64,000 nucleotides of DNA, from positions 96,782,001 to 96,846,000 of the forward strand of contig NC_043000.1 of assembly GCF_006345805.1 (NCBI RefSeq), in the 5' to 3' direction. Numbering within the stretch: position 1 is the first letter of the stretch; every line of letters begins with the position of its first letter. Source of the stretch: Octopus sinensis. Taxonomy: Eukaryota. The notes below the pieces were generated by a model that saw nothing but the letters and a program-made list of their open reading frames with translations, was not told the origin of the DNA and made no database searches. Below, in pieces: positions 1 through 12,389 of the stretch. The position numbers and the translations under genes were made by a program.

Positions 1-148
1 ACTATAAAAGAAAGGAATAAAGAGTTTTGTATATAAAAACCAGTTATATTGTTAGTTCTATCTAGCAGTTAGCTACTGACTTGTCTTGTTAGACATAGCA
101 TTTAGAAGACACTTATTCTTTAACACTGACACACACACAAACATATAC

Positions 149-247
149 CGAGTGACTGACTGGGTGATTGGCTGGCTGGCTGGCTGGTTGAGAGTCCGTG
201 ACTTGTTCGTCATAGACTTCGGCACTTTCCGTGGAGTCACTTGCCAT
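149..247 (-). CDS. Candidate first coding exon of an unknown host gene (MASDSTESAEVYDEQVTDSQPASQPANHPVSHS)
   Basis: ATG at 247-245 in strong Kozak context (aaagATGG). 99 nt of non-microsatellite acidic/Ser-rich coding sequence followed by a GT donor-like site (gtatat, 148-143). No homology recognised. Confidence 0.25.
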
Positions 248-480
248 CTTTACGGAACTTGTCGGCTTCGGTAAAGAAAATACTATATACTTGTGTAGTG
301 TATATACGTACGTCGGTGTGTAATGTATATACGTACGTCGGTGTGTGTGTGTGTGTGTGTACGTGTGCGCGCTTATGTTTGTGTTTGTGTCTGTGTGCGC
401 GCGCGTATGCATGTGTACTTGTGTGCGTGCGCATGTACATACAACCATGCATACAAACATAAAAACATACATTCATGCAA

Positions 481-519
<39 letters not shown>

Positions 520-579
520 CATACACACATCTCTCTTTCTCTCTCTCGCTCTCGCTTTCTCTCTCTATATAAATATATA

Positions 580-618
<39 letters not shown>

Positions 619-881
619 TGCTATTTCATTCTTTCTCGCACCACCAATTTTACATTTGAGATATAACTGATGACCTTACCCGCTTCATAGATTGTTCTCA
701 TATACATCCCACCCGGCATCGAAATGCATGAACTGACAGAGAAATATGAGGTGAATCTTAGTTTGAAGGGCTATCTGACACGCTGGACCTTTAGGAGTTT
801 TATTGTATCTTCATTATACAGGTAAACCATGGTCTGATTACAGTCTGGTCGTATATATCCTCTTCTTTCTCCTAATTCGAT

Positions 882-1214
882 TATGGGTTCTCAACCACTT
901 TTTTCACCTATAGACCCCTCTGATAACTATTTTATTCTGGTGGACTCCCATAGTAATTTGATGTTTAAAAACTAGTTTTATAGAAACTTCTTTCAAAATT
1001 TCTATATTATTTTTCAAACGTAATCTTGTGTAGGTAGAATTATATAAATTATTAGTGAACGAAATCTAGCTGTTTCTTGCAATAGATACCAATACATACA
1101 CCTAAAACAAAATCGTTTTCAGGGGCTCTTAAAATACTATTCAGGATCCCTAGTTTACTATTTTGTTGCTTAGACCCCTAAAAGTTTTATATGGACCCTG
1201 GTTGAGAACCACTG
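882..1214. mobile_element. Non-autonomous hAT/Charlie-like MITE
   Basis: Terminal inverted repeats ggttctcaacc (left) and ggttgagaaccactg (right), i.e. the CAGTGGTTCTCAACC-type hAT end, with internal ggaccc/gacccc motifs. TSD not recoverable. Confidence 0.6.
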
Positions 1215-1354
1215 GATTAGATTATTGAAGCCGAACAATGGGTATATGGGTTCCCGCCGCTGGGTGGATGGATGCGCCTTCCATTCAGCTCACCGAGATT
1301 CTTTTATGTAGAAGTTTTCTTGGATCACCCGAAGAATCGTTGGCATGCCCCTCC

Positions 1355-2165
1355 CCTACTTGATTTTGTTTCTTCATAACTTTCAGAAAAATGGATGATT
1401 TTTTTAATGAAATCTTCCACAAATACCATTCAGATGGTGTAGATTCTGATTATATCGGAATTTGTTGCGAAAACTTTTTTCCCGATGACGGGGAGGAGAG
1501 AGAAGTTTCCAATAATTCACACGACTCAAACTTCGATTCTTCATAACTTTCAGAAAAATAGGTTTTATTTTTTTAATGAAATTTTCTACAAATACCTTTG
1601 CTGTGAAAATTTTTAACCGATGAGGGCAAAGGAGGGAAGTTTCGGATAATTCAGACGAGTCGACTTTGTTTCTTCATAACTTTCTGAAAAACAGGTTTAA
1701 TTTTTCCGTAAAATTTTCAACAAATAACTTTTACATGGTGTAGATTTTGATTATATCGAAAATTGATTAAAAACAAAAGTTGGTAGGCATGCACACATAC
1801 ATACTGACACACGTCTCAAAATTGTTTCAAAATTTCAAATTGAATGTCAGTATATATGTGTGCGCGCCAACCATTTATCTATTTACTTATTTATTTATTT
1901 ATTTATTTTCACATTAAATTCCGATATAATCGTGATCTACATCATCTGAAGGGTATTTGTAGAACATTTCATTTTAAAATATTCATTTTTCTGAAAGTTA
2001 TGAGGAAACTACGCAGCCACGTGTGAATTATCCGGAACTCTACTTGCCAGAAAATATTTTTCACAGCAAGTTCCCAATCTATACCTTTTGAAAGGTATTA
2101 GTAGAAAATTCCATTAAAAAATACTTATTTTTCTGAAAGTTATGAGGAAACAAAATCGGGGAAGG
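1355..2165. repeat. Foldback-like element with tandem subrepeats in inverted orientation
   Basis: Three direct ~130-165-bp units containing ttcataactttcagaaaaa (~1370, ~1535, ~1670) and two inverted units containing tttttctgaaagttatgag (~1985, ~2125). Confidence 0.6.
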
Positions 2166-2456
2166 ACAACACTTGTGTGGGCATAAAGTTTGGTAGAGTG
2201 ACGATTTTTCCGGTGAGATAGCCTGTGGTAATGAATCTTCAGATGGTAATAACAACACCTAGGGTGATAAAATTTTTCCGGTTGGGTCAGGTTGAGGTCA
2301 AATCACCGACACATCACAACGACCACGACTATCACCACACCGTCACAACGAGCACCACCACCATCACCATCACAAACAACATTATCCAGCATTATCACTG
2401 ACAAACGAACTACAACCACCTCCGATCAAATGAACCTAGATGCGGTAGCTTGTCCT

Positions 2457-2652
2457 ACTCTCTTTTTACTCTTTTATTTGTTTCAGTCATTTGACTGTGG
2501 TCATGCTGGAGCACCGCTTTTAGTCGAGCAAATCGACCCCAGGACTTATTCTTTGTAAGCCTAGTGTTTATTCTATCGGTCTGTTTTGCCGAACCGCTAA
2601 GTTACGGGGACGTAAACAAACCAGCATCGGTTGTCAAGCGATGTTGTGGGGA

Positions 2653-2751
<99 letters not shown>

Positions 2752-2892
2752 GTACGACGGGCTTCTTTCAGTTTCCGTCTACCAAATCCACTCACAAGTC
2801 TTTGGTCGGCCCGAAGCTAAAGAAGAAGAAGCTTGCCGAAGGTGTCACGCAGTGGGACTGAACCCGGAACATTGTGGTTGGGAAGCAAGCTT
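2457..2892 (-). mobile_element. tRNA-derived SINE family A (octopus-type), head partly truncated
   Basis: Reverse complement of the family at 9854 and 38614: B-box-like gggttcagtccc, internal (CA/TA)n tract and cagtcaaatgactgaaac tail. Confidence 0.8.
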
Positions 2893-3962
2893 CTTTATTT
2901 CTTTTAAATTGCCATAAAGGCATTACATAGAGAGGGACACTACAACACAAGTGGGGACATATAACAGTTAAAATAAAAATATGATACTATGAATGACACA
3001 TGAAAATAAACATGAAAAACATTAAAATCAAAATATTTAAATAATGATACATGAATGATAACTGAGAAATGAATATATGAAAAGTGTGGTACTTAACCAC
3101 ACTGAGTAACACCACTCGCCACCTCTGAGTCCTGAGTCTTCTTTATTCTTTGATCTAGTCTTTCGTTTACCGTTTTCTCCATCGTTGAGTGACAACACTC
3201 TCTCCTCCATGTACACGTAAACTTTTTTACTGGGGGAGGGGTCTTGTAAATATTTGTGGTGTCTGTTCTTTCTTCTTTTCTTCTTGTGGGGAGAGGGGGT
3301 GGGTGAGTTTGGTGCCTGTATGGAGAGGGTGGGTCTGGGTGGTGTGGGTGGTCTTGGATGGAATGGAGTTAATCTGGGGTCCCACATCACACTGACTGTT
3401 CTTCCTCTTCTTTCTTTTTCCCTTTCATTCTTTGTCACTATCCATTCATCCTCCTTGTTCCTTCCATCTAGCTGTACTTCTTACTTTTTCTCATCCATCT
3501 CCCCCACCACTTCTTCTGTCGTAATCCTCTGCAGAGGGCAGTGCTCTCTAATGTGGCCCTTTTGGCCACATTTAAAACATCGTGGGATTCTGCCCTCCAC
3601 TCACGCTCTTAACACAGTCACCTCCGCCAAACTCTCCAATTGCCTCTCCTCTGCCTATATAATGAAGTCCAGTGGTTTTTCCTCTCCATCCTCCGTACTC
3701 CGTTTCTGTGGCTTCAAGGACAGCCACCCCTCCTCACTTCCAACGAGGGCGGCTACCGCAACCCAAGCCACTTCTATATCGGGTGGAATTCCTTCTATCC
3801 TCACCTTAGAAGACTTTCTTCCAAGGTACGTGGGTAGAAGTACCACTTCCTCCGTTTTTACTGTCGCACTCGCCAGCCTCTTTGCCTCCTCCGCTGTCCT
3901 AAACTGCACTTCTTTCGAAAGCCCCTTCAATGTTTATTCTACTTTTTCCATCTCCATCCGCT
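2893..3962 (-). mobile_element. L1/Tx1-clade non-LTR element: ORF1 (gag-like) remnant joined to a 3' tail
   Basis: Minus strand encodes RIPRCFKCGQKGHIREHCPL, a CX2CX4HX4C zinc knuckle at 3579-3538, preceded by KVRIEGIPPDI. The 3' end has a gcctttatggc hairpin plus aataaa near 2895-2921. Stops and frameshifts present. Confidence 0.7.
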
Positions 3963-3977
3963 TATATATGCACGCAT

Positions 3978-4050
<73 letters not shown>

Positions 4051-4053
<3 letters not shown>

Positions 4054-4427
4054 TTTACTCTTTTACTTGTTTCAGTCATTTGACTGCGGCCATGCTGGAG
4101 CACCGCCTTTAGTCGACCCCCAGGACTTATTCTTTGTAAGCCCAGTACTTATTCTATCGGTCTCTTTTGCCGAACCGCTAGGTGACGGGGACGTAAACAC
4201 ACCAGCATCGGTTGTCAAGCATTGCTAGGGGGACAAACACACACACATATATATACATATATACGACAGGCTTCTTTCAGTTTCCGTCTACCAAATCCAC
4301 TTACAAGGCATTGGTCGGCCCGGGGCTATAGCAGAAGACACTTGCCCAAGATGCCACGCAGTGGGACTGAACCCGGAACCATGTGGTTGGTTAGCAAGCT
4401 ACTTACCACACAGCCACTCCTGCGCCC
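4051..4427 (-). mobile_element. SINE family A, near full length
   Basis: Complete head on the minus strand (ggcgcaggagtggctgtgtggtaag, A-box-like; ccgggttcagtccc, B-box-like) and the family tail. Confidence 0.85.
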
Positions 4428-5081
4428 TATATATATGTATGTATATATATATATCGACCCTATAGATGTGTATATATACATTACACTGCATAAAGAACAG
4501 ATTCGTTTTCTTCAATACAGGCAGATAGCTCTGAGCGAGCATACTGACAGATGTGCAAGAAATAAAACACATAATTTCCATATTTTTCCGTTACACCAAT
4601 GCAAAGATTCAATCTCCTTACAAGAACGCCTAAACAAGGAAAACCTGTTCATACAAAAGTACAGACCGCACTTTAATATACAAACTTGACTACTTGATCC
4701 CTACGCATTCTTATTTCAAAATCAAATTTATTTACCACTACTCAATAATGCTGAGGAGGTGGTTGTCCCCGTAGCCACCTATTGCCTCCCTTTATCCACT
4801 CTCTCCATTCACTCTTACTTTTCAAAAAGTGCAAAATGGCATGATTCCTTTCTCTCAAAGAATTATTACTTCGCAATGTCCCTTGAAAAGCTAATTTAAA
4901 TAGCGAAAACCGGTTGGATACCACTACATATTATGAGACTTTTACCATCCATAAAATATGTATATATATATTTTTATAAAAAGATATTAAAACTATGTGA
5001 AATGAAGGCTTTTCTCTTCCCCTTCTTATATATGTTTCTACATATTTTCACTTCATAATTTGCCACACTGTGTACACTGAT

Positions 5082-5145
<64 letters not shown>

Positions 5146-5203
5146 CTGTGTGTGTGTATGTGTGTATGTATGTATGTATGTATGTATGTATTATGTATGT
5201 ATG

Positions 5204-5263
<60 letters not shown>

Positions 5264-5271
<8 letters not shown>

Positions 5272-5586
5272 AATGTAAGAGAGTGTCCACTATGTGGTCG
5301 ACTCTTGCGCTAAAAATAGATCTGCTATGGTCTTAACCACCAAAAATTGTTTCCAAGGAGAATTAGCACAACTTTTAACGTAAACGAGCAGGACAAATGA
5401 AAATAACAAAAATGTAGATTAATTCTAGACAATTGTTTCGCTATTAATGTATTATGCAATTTTACTTACATAATATATCCGTAGTTCATCAGTAGAATTT
5501 TTATGCAGTATGGTTAAGACCATAGCGGATCTATTTTTAGCGCAAGAGTCGACCACATAGTGGACACTCTCTTACATTTGTGTATA
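5264..5586. mobile_element. 323-bp element with ~76-bp terminal inverted repeats enclosing a hammerhead-like motif
   Basis: 5264-5339 is the reverse complement of 5511-5586 with one mismatch; the left end abuts a (TA)n run. Confidence 0.8.
5421..5499 (-). ncRNA. Type-I hammerhead ribozyme-like motif
   Basis: Minus strand reads aattcta-CTGATGA-[46 nt]-GAAAC-aatt-GTC-tagaatt: perfect 7-bp helix I, canonical core boxes, palindromic helix III and GUC site. The first helix-II pair is an A.C mismatch. Confidence 0.65.
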
Positions 5587-6052
5587 AATTTTTATTGTAT
5601 CCCTGGCTTTTATGCGCTAAGCCACTTGGTGCTAAATTGATGGTATTATTAAATTAATATCCAAGTTTTTCACCCTTATTTTTGATTTATATATATATAT
5701 ATTTATATATATATATATATATATATAAAGGAGAAATAAGAAATATTAAATCTCTGAGCAAGAAGTAAACAGTAGCAGTACAGAATCGTAAAATATATTT
5801 GCCAACTAAATGTGGCGATCCCATAGAGGATGATGCTACTGCTGTTTTAGCCCCAGAAGAACATCTCCTCCAACTGACTAACGACACACTGTCTGTGTCC
5901 GATTAGTATTTGCGAAGGGAAGTCATCGTTCCTATCTCTTGCCTTACGTGATACATACACACTTGGGTTTCTGGGTAGTTACCCGTCTTCATCATTAGCT
6001 GGTGATTTTCACACACTGAAGACGGGTATATGCTTTATTATTTATTATTTAA

Positions 6053-6665
6053 TTGAACGCGACGCATCCATTTCCAACTAAGTTCATCTTCACGTTTTTA
6101 ATGCGACTCTCTATGGAATATTGTTTTCTTCCTCCATCCTTCTCTAATTCCCTTTTTTTCTCCCTCCCTCCTTCACCGTTTTCTATCTGTCTGGCTGTCC
6201 CTCTCTCCTCTCGTTCTCTTTTTCTCTCTCTCCCTCTCCCCGTTCTCTTTTTCTCTCTCCCACCTCTTTCTCCCGTTGCTCAAACGTGACCATCGTCCAT
6301 CTTACTTTTCCTCACGTGATCATTTTTCCATTCCTGCGCAGACATTTAAAAGAACGGACCTGTTTTTCTCTCTTTCTTCTATCTTTTCTCTTTTCTAAAA
6401 TATGTTTCACCCAGCGTTCATTATTTTCCTCTCGTTCTGGTCTAACGACCCTCCATAAATCCAAAATTTCATTTTAGAATTGATAGGGGCAACTGTCTTT
6501 AAAGACTCATATTGTCGTTGAATGCTCGAAATAAGGAGTAGATAGACGGCCGACAACTGATGAAGGATCCATTCTCTGTATTCACTTGTCCTATTTTCCA
6601 TTTTTTTTTGTTGTTTACGTATTTCATGTTATTTGCACCGTTAGTGACGTCCTGTACCCATATAT
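6053..6665 (+). repeat. Unclassified ~600-bp interspersed repeat (family also at 50768-51275 and 51345-51990)
   Basis: Shared segments ttgaacgc.acgcatccatttccaa, ctaattcccttttt, gcaactgtctt and ctgatgaagg...gtcctgtacccatatatgc. Confidence 0.65.
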
Positions 6666-6772
6666 GCATATGTATATGTGTGTGTGTATGTGCGTGTGTC
6701 TGTGTATGTATGCATTATATACATGTATATATATATATATATATATTTATTATATATAAATACATACATATA

Positions 6773-6850
<78 letters not shown>

Positions 6851-7100
6851 AACAATAAATGAAATGGAGAGATTCAATTGACAATCTAACAATTATATTA
6901 TAACATAACATAATATACTATGAATATCATATAGCATAAAAATTATTTAAAAAATCTAAAAAGCTAACTATTTGTTTCGACTTATATATATTATTTGATT
7001 TATAAACAATTCATATCCTTCGGGGTTTGGGTTCAAAAGACATGAAATTCCGTATGAAAGGAATTTGGTCTGTCTTTTGAACCAAAACCCATATAATGTA

Positions 7101-8335
7101 TCAGGTTGAGTAAAAAGTAAGCAACGTTTTGAACCATGAAGAATTTGTACAAGATTTTTGAAGAGTTTTGAAATTTTAAAAATCATTTCTTTGTAATTGT
7201 CTGATAATACAGACATAGACTTGCTCAAATGCATCAATAAATTAGCATTGATATTTCCTTCATCGTTGTTACAATCATCTCAAATGGAACTATGAAAGAA
7301 CGATATCCGAGCAATTTTACTATTCAACTTCAAAAAAGGACGTAAAGCAGCTGAAACTGCTCGCGATATCAACGAAACGTTTGATGAGGAAATGACCAGT
7401 AAGTGGTCTGCTTGAAAATGGTTTAAACGATTTCGCAGAGGACAACTGAGTTTTGAAGATCGTGGGCGTAGAGGACGCCCATCTGTCATCGATGATGGTC
7501 AATTGAAGACCGTCATTGAGAAAGATCCACGTAAAACCACTCAAGAACTGGCAAAAGAGCTTCACGTTAGCCAGGAAACTGCCTGGATCCATTTGCATGC
7601 GATGAGAACATCGAAAAATCTCTACAAATGGGTACCACACGATTTGAATGAAAATCAGAAAATTCGCAGATATGGAATTTGCTCGTCGCTTCTTCTCCGT
7701 AACTAGACCGATAGATTTCTCGACCGTATTGTAACTTGCGATGAAAAGTGGATTCTGTACAATGATAAAACGACTTCCCTAAACCCGAGCTCTTTGAAAT
7801 GAAGTTTCGTGGTGTACTGCTGGACTCATCCACTATAACTTCTTAAAACCCGGAAAAAAACCATTACAGCAGAAACATATTGCCATGAAATTGCTACAAT
7901 GAACGAAAATCTGCTACTCGTCCATCCCAGACTGGTCAACAGATGAGGACCAATCATTCTTCATGACAATGCTCGACCACACGTTTAACTGATGACGCTC
8001 CAAAAGTTGAGGGAACTCGGCTACAAAGTTCTTCCCCACCCAGCTTATTACCGAGACCTTTCTCCTACCGCCTACCACTTTTTCAAGCACCTTGATGGTT
8101 TCCTGCGAGAGAACCAGTTCAAAAATCAAACCGATGCTGAAAGTGCGTTCAAAGCATTCATCAGCTCCAGAACTCAAGATTTTTATGTTATCAGTATAAA
8201 CAAACTTGTTACTCGTTGGCAAAAATGCGGTGATTGTAATGGTACTTACTTTGATAGATAACATTTCCGCATTGTTAAAATATAACGTGATGAATTTCAT
8301 GTTTCAAAACGTTGTTTACTTTTTACTCAGCCTGA
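7101..8335 (+). mobile_element. Full-length degenerate mariner transposon
   Basis: TA-flanked TIRs (tcaggttgagtaaaaagtaa / ttactttttactcagcctga). Transposase remnant ~7283-8261 with WVPHDL, IVTCDEKW, HDNARPH and a YSPDL-like YYRDLSPTAYHFF; stops and frameshifts. Confidence 0.9.
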
Positions 8336-8597
8336 TATATAAGTCCAAACAAATTGTTGGTTTCTTTTTTTGTTTTTTAATAATTTTTTATGTTATATTA
8401 TATTATATTATATTCATAGTATATTATGTTATATCATAATATAAATAAATTGCTAGATTGCAATTGAATCTCTCTATTTAATTCATTGTTTATAACTTAT
8501 ATCCCTATTTCTGTGGTATTCAACTGACGTATCACTGAATTGGATGTTTTACATACCCCTTTGACGGAATTTCTTTACTTAGTTTTTTTTACTTATA

Positions 8598-8652
<55 letters not shown>

Positions 8653-9108
8653 CGACGGCTTATATTTATTTGCTGCCGATAAATTTGGCGCGAGTGCGAC
8701 GATTTGAAAATTTTTAGGTCAGATATTACCTTGGCAGGGTCGGAAATGCCTCGTGAAAATATCTGTTCCGACTTGGCTATTTCTTGCTGAAGAATCTGAG
8801 GGCCTATGGAAGATTGGCTTGATTTAATTTAATCAGGTTAGTTTACCATTAAACAGCAGATGAAACGGTGCATCGTACAAGAAATTACAGGGTAAATGTT
8901 TTTTAAATTTTCTCCTGTTTACGGAATTAATCTTTACTTGCGGTTGAAGCTTTGGCTGTTATTTCTAGTGGGTGAATGGCCTATTATGGCCGTTCCTTGA
9001 TTGTTGATGTTGAACTTAAAAATGGTCTATGACTATTTAATTTTTTCCCACTAGGCCGCTGGTGGCAAAAAGAATTCTACAAAATTTTTTTTTGCCACCC
9101 TATATTGA

Positions 9109-9189
<81 letters not shown>

Positions 9190-9853
9190 TAATATATATA
9201 TATTAATACATACACACATATATATAATATACATACACACACACATACACACATATATATATGTACACACGTACATTTTTTAATCAGCAGAATGTTACAA
9301 ACGTGACTCAAGGGTCGAGAGTTTTATCAAGCTCTCATCTCTTGGGTCACTTCTCTTTCTGTTGATTAGAAAATAAGAATATATATTCATGTATTGACCT
9401 GTGCTTCTACTGTTTATTCTACTAATCTTCAGCCTCAATGTATTTGTGTGAGTGAGTGAGTGTTTGAGTGTGTGTGTATGTGTGTGTGTATGTGTTTGTG
9501 TGTGTGTGTGTGTGTTAGTGAGTTTGTGTGTGAGCGAATTTGTGTGTAAATGTATGTATGTATGTTTGTATGTTTGTATGAAAGTGTTTCTCCAACCTAC
9601 AGGCCTAATAGGCCGCTGCTTATTTCGATTTCCGTGACGTTTATGTGAATTGAGAATCGAAGAATCCCTTCTGAACGGGAAGTTAGTATGACAGAGAATT
9701 AATCCTTCACTCCTCCCCCATTTTTCGTCGGTTCTCATTTTCAGCTGAATACTGGATGAGTCTATATGTGTATGAGTGTACACTAATATGACTCAGGTTT
9801 GCATTAACTAAAAGTTACACATAGGCAAAAAAAAAAAAAAATTGATCAATAAT

Positions 9854-10266
9854 AGACGCAGGTATGGCTGTGTGGTAAGAAGATTGCTTTGTAACCACAT
9901 GGTTCCAAGTTCAGTCCCACTGCATGGCACCATGGGCAGGTGGTATCTTCTACAATAGCATAGGGCCGACCAAAACCTTGTGAATGGATTTGGTAGACAG
10001 AAACTGAAAGAAGCCCGTCGTATATCTATGTGCATGTGTCTGTGTCAGTGTCTTTGTGCATGTCTCTGTCCCTCATCACAGCTTGGCAACCGGTGTCGGT
10101 GTGTTTACATCCTCGCAACTTAGCGGTTCGGAAAAAGAGACCGCTAGAATAAGTATTAAGCTTAAGAAATAAGTCCTGGGATCGATCTGTTCAACTATAA
10201 CCCTTCAAGGATGTGCTCCAGCATGGCCGTAGTCAAATGACTGAAACAGGTAATAGAATAAAAGAA
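9854..10266 (+). mobile_element. SINE family A
   Basis: Head agacgcaggtatggctgtgtggtaag, B-box-like gttcagtccc and family tail. Confidence 0.8.
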
Positions 10267-10834
10267 TATGGAACTGCCTGGTTCTGTATCAAGTATTACT
10301 AAATAAGATTGTCATCGGCTCGTGACACTCATTGATCGAAAGATAAATACAAACTAGTAACAGCAATACCTGCCATTTTGCTTACTATCATTTACTCTAT
10401 AGATCACAAACTGGAGTATCACGCGAGGCTCAATGTTGCTAGGGAGTGAAACATTGATTTTATATACAAATATATATAAGCCTGCTACATGTATTGAGTA
10501 CTATTTTTCTAGTTTGCAATACTGAACACGTATAACTATGTTGAGAAATAGATTGAGCTCTTTCATAGGAATACATACTTTTTATATATACATACACATT
10601 GATTTTACGTTGGTGTAATTTATTAATTTATTTATTCAAAATGACATCCTAAGATTGTATGAGATCGTGTTTCACTTACCGTATCTTTTCAATAACGACA
10701 ACAACACAAGAATCTATACCTTCTAAACATACTGTGATTTGATTACCGTCATAATGACTCTCTTTCAAATCGGAAAAAATTTAGGGAAAATTTGAATAGA
10801 GAATAATTTTGGTGTCCAGCTTCAATTATCGATT

Positions 10835-10880
10835 ATCTTACTGAAGATTCCATTAGGATGAAACTGAATTGGTCTCAGAT
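10835..10880 (+). ncRNA. Type-I hammerhead ribozyme-like motif
   Basis: atctta-CTGAAGA-tTCC(atta)GGAt-GAAAC-tgaattg-GTC-tcagat: canonical boxes, helix I 5/6 paired, GUC site. Confidence 0.5.
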
Positions 10881-11089
10881 ATTTATGACGTATTTCTTGC
10901 TGTAAAGTAAAGAATTACATATTCGTTACTTCCTGAATTGAGATCTCTATTTTGTTACATACAAGTATATTTTAATATTCTAAATTAACATATACGTTAA
11001 CTATATTTAAATGCATTATATGTATATAAGTATATACACGCATGCGCGTGTTCTCCCGTTTATGCTTGTGTGAAAATAGCAATAATAAT

Positions 11090-11351
11090 GATAATAATAG
11101 TTTCAAATTTTGCCAGAAGGGCAGTAGTTTTAGGGGTGGGGATGAGTCGATTACACCGACCCTAGTATTCAACTAGTACTTATTTTATCGACCTCGAAAG
11201 GATGAAAGGCAATGTCGACCTCGGCTAAATTTCAACTCAGAGTGTAGTGACGGGCGAAATGCTCGGCGTGCTAACGATTCTTCCAGCACGCTGCCTTAAC
11301 AATAACAACAACAACAACAGCAATAATAATAACAACAACAACAACAACAAC

Positions 11352-11392
<41 letters not shown>

Positions 11393-11726
11393 GAAGAAGA
11401 AGAAGAAGAAGCAATGTCGGGTAAGAAAAAGAAGCAAAGGTAAAGCTGACATTGGCGGAATTTGAACTCAGAACGTAAAGCCAAACGAAATACCTATTTC
11501 TTTACTACCCACAAGGGGCTAAACACAGAGAGGACAAACAAGGACAGACAAACGGATTAAGTCGATTATATCGACCCCAGTGCGTAACTGGTACTTATAT
11601 AATTGACCCCGAAAGGATGAAATGCAAAGTCGACCTCGGCGGAATTTGAACTCAGAACGTAACGGAAGACGAAATGCCGCTAAGCATTTTGCCTGGCGTG
11701 CTAACGATTCGACCAGCTCACCGCCT
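11090..11726 (-). mobile_element. Cluster of SINE family B copies around an (AAC)n(AAT)n(AAG)n tract
   Basis: Reverse complements of ggcagcgagctggcagaatcgttagc...gttctgagttcaaattccgccgaggtcgac at ~11090-11297 and ~11430-11726. Confidence 0.75.
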
Positions 11727-12389
11727 TTAGCATTCAGATTACTCTGGCAAATGTAAAGCTTATTTGTTCGCATTTGCTTATTATGAAAACAAAACAAAAA
11801 CAAAAAAACTCAAATAAGAAAAGAAGTTACAGCAGATACAACAATGAACCTGAGAATATTTCGATGTAAGTTCCACGCTTTCGCTTCCTGCATGAATAAC
11901 ACCTTAAGAAACTTAAGTGGAATAACCATATAATACATTGTGTAAGTGGTTATTTATTTTGTTACGCACACACATACACAGACACAAACATACATACGCG
12001 CGCACATAAACATATTGTATATGATCGCATATAAGACGCATTTTTAGCATAAATATGATCTGCTACAAATGCATGCGATAGAAAGAAAGATGATTCAAGG
12101 AGAATTCATGCTGTTTTTATAGACAAGGCGATAAAAAAAGAGGTGACGGTTAATCCTTTATATTCTAACTAAACTTTGTGGGTACCAGTAGAAAAATACT
12201 TCATTTGCAATGTTATCACCAATCTTATTCGGTCTATTGCTTATACGAACCAATGAAAAGCTCAATAGGTGGTGTTACGAGATGTTTTACAGCTGGCTAT
12301 CTTGAAACAGTTTGTTTTATTGAGTTTGGGTGAACGTGTTATAAGTATTATAGTGTTACGCATTCGTTCTTATAAATGTAAGTATAGAT

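Noticed and set aside
660-730. CTGATGA...GAAATGCATG hammerhead-like boxes
   Set aside because: Helix II does not pair and the cleavage position would be G.
3254-4228. 324-aa plus-strand ORF
   Set aside because: Antisense shadow of the L1 ORF1 remnant running into (TA)n and a SINE.
5275-5315. [12 protein letters not shown] peptide in the TIR
   Set aside because: 12 codons with no second Cys/His pair; likely chance.
6520-6575. Possible type-II hammerhead (GAAA...CTGATGA) in the 6053 family
   Set aside because: No convincing helices or cleavage triplet in any of the three copies.
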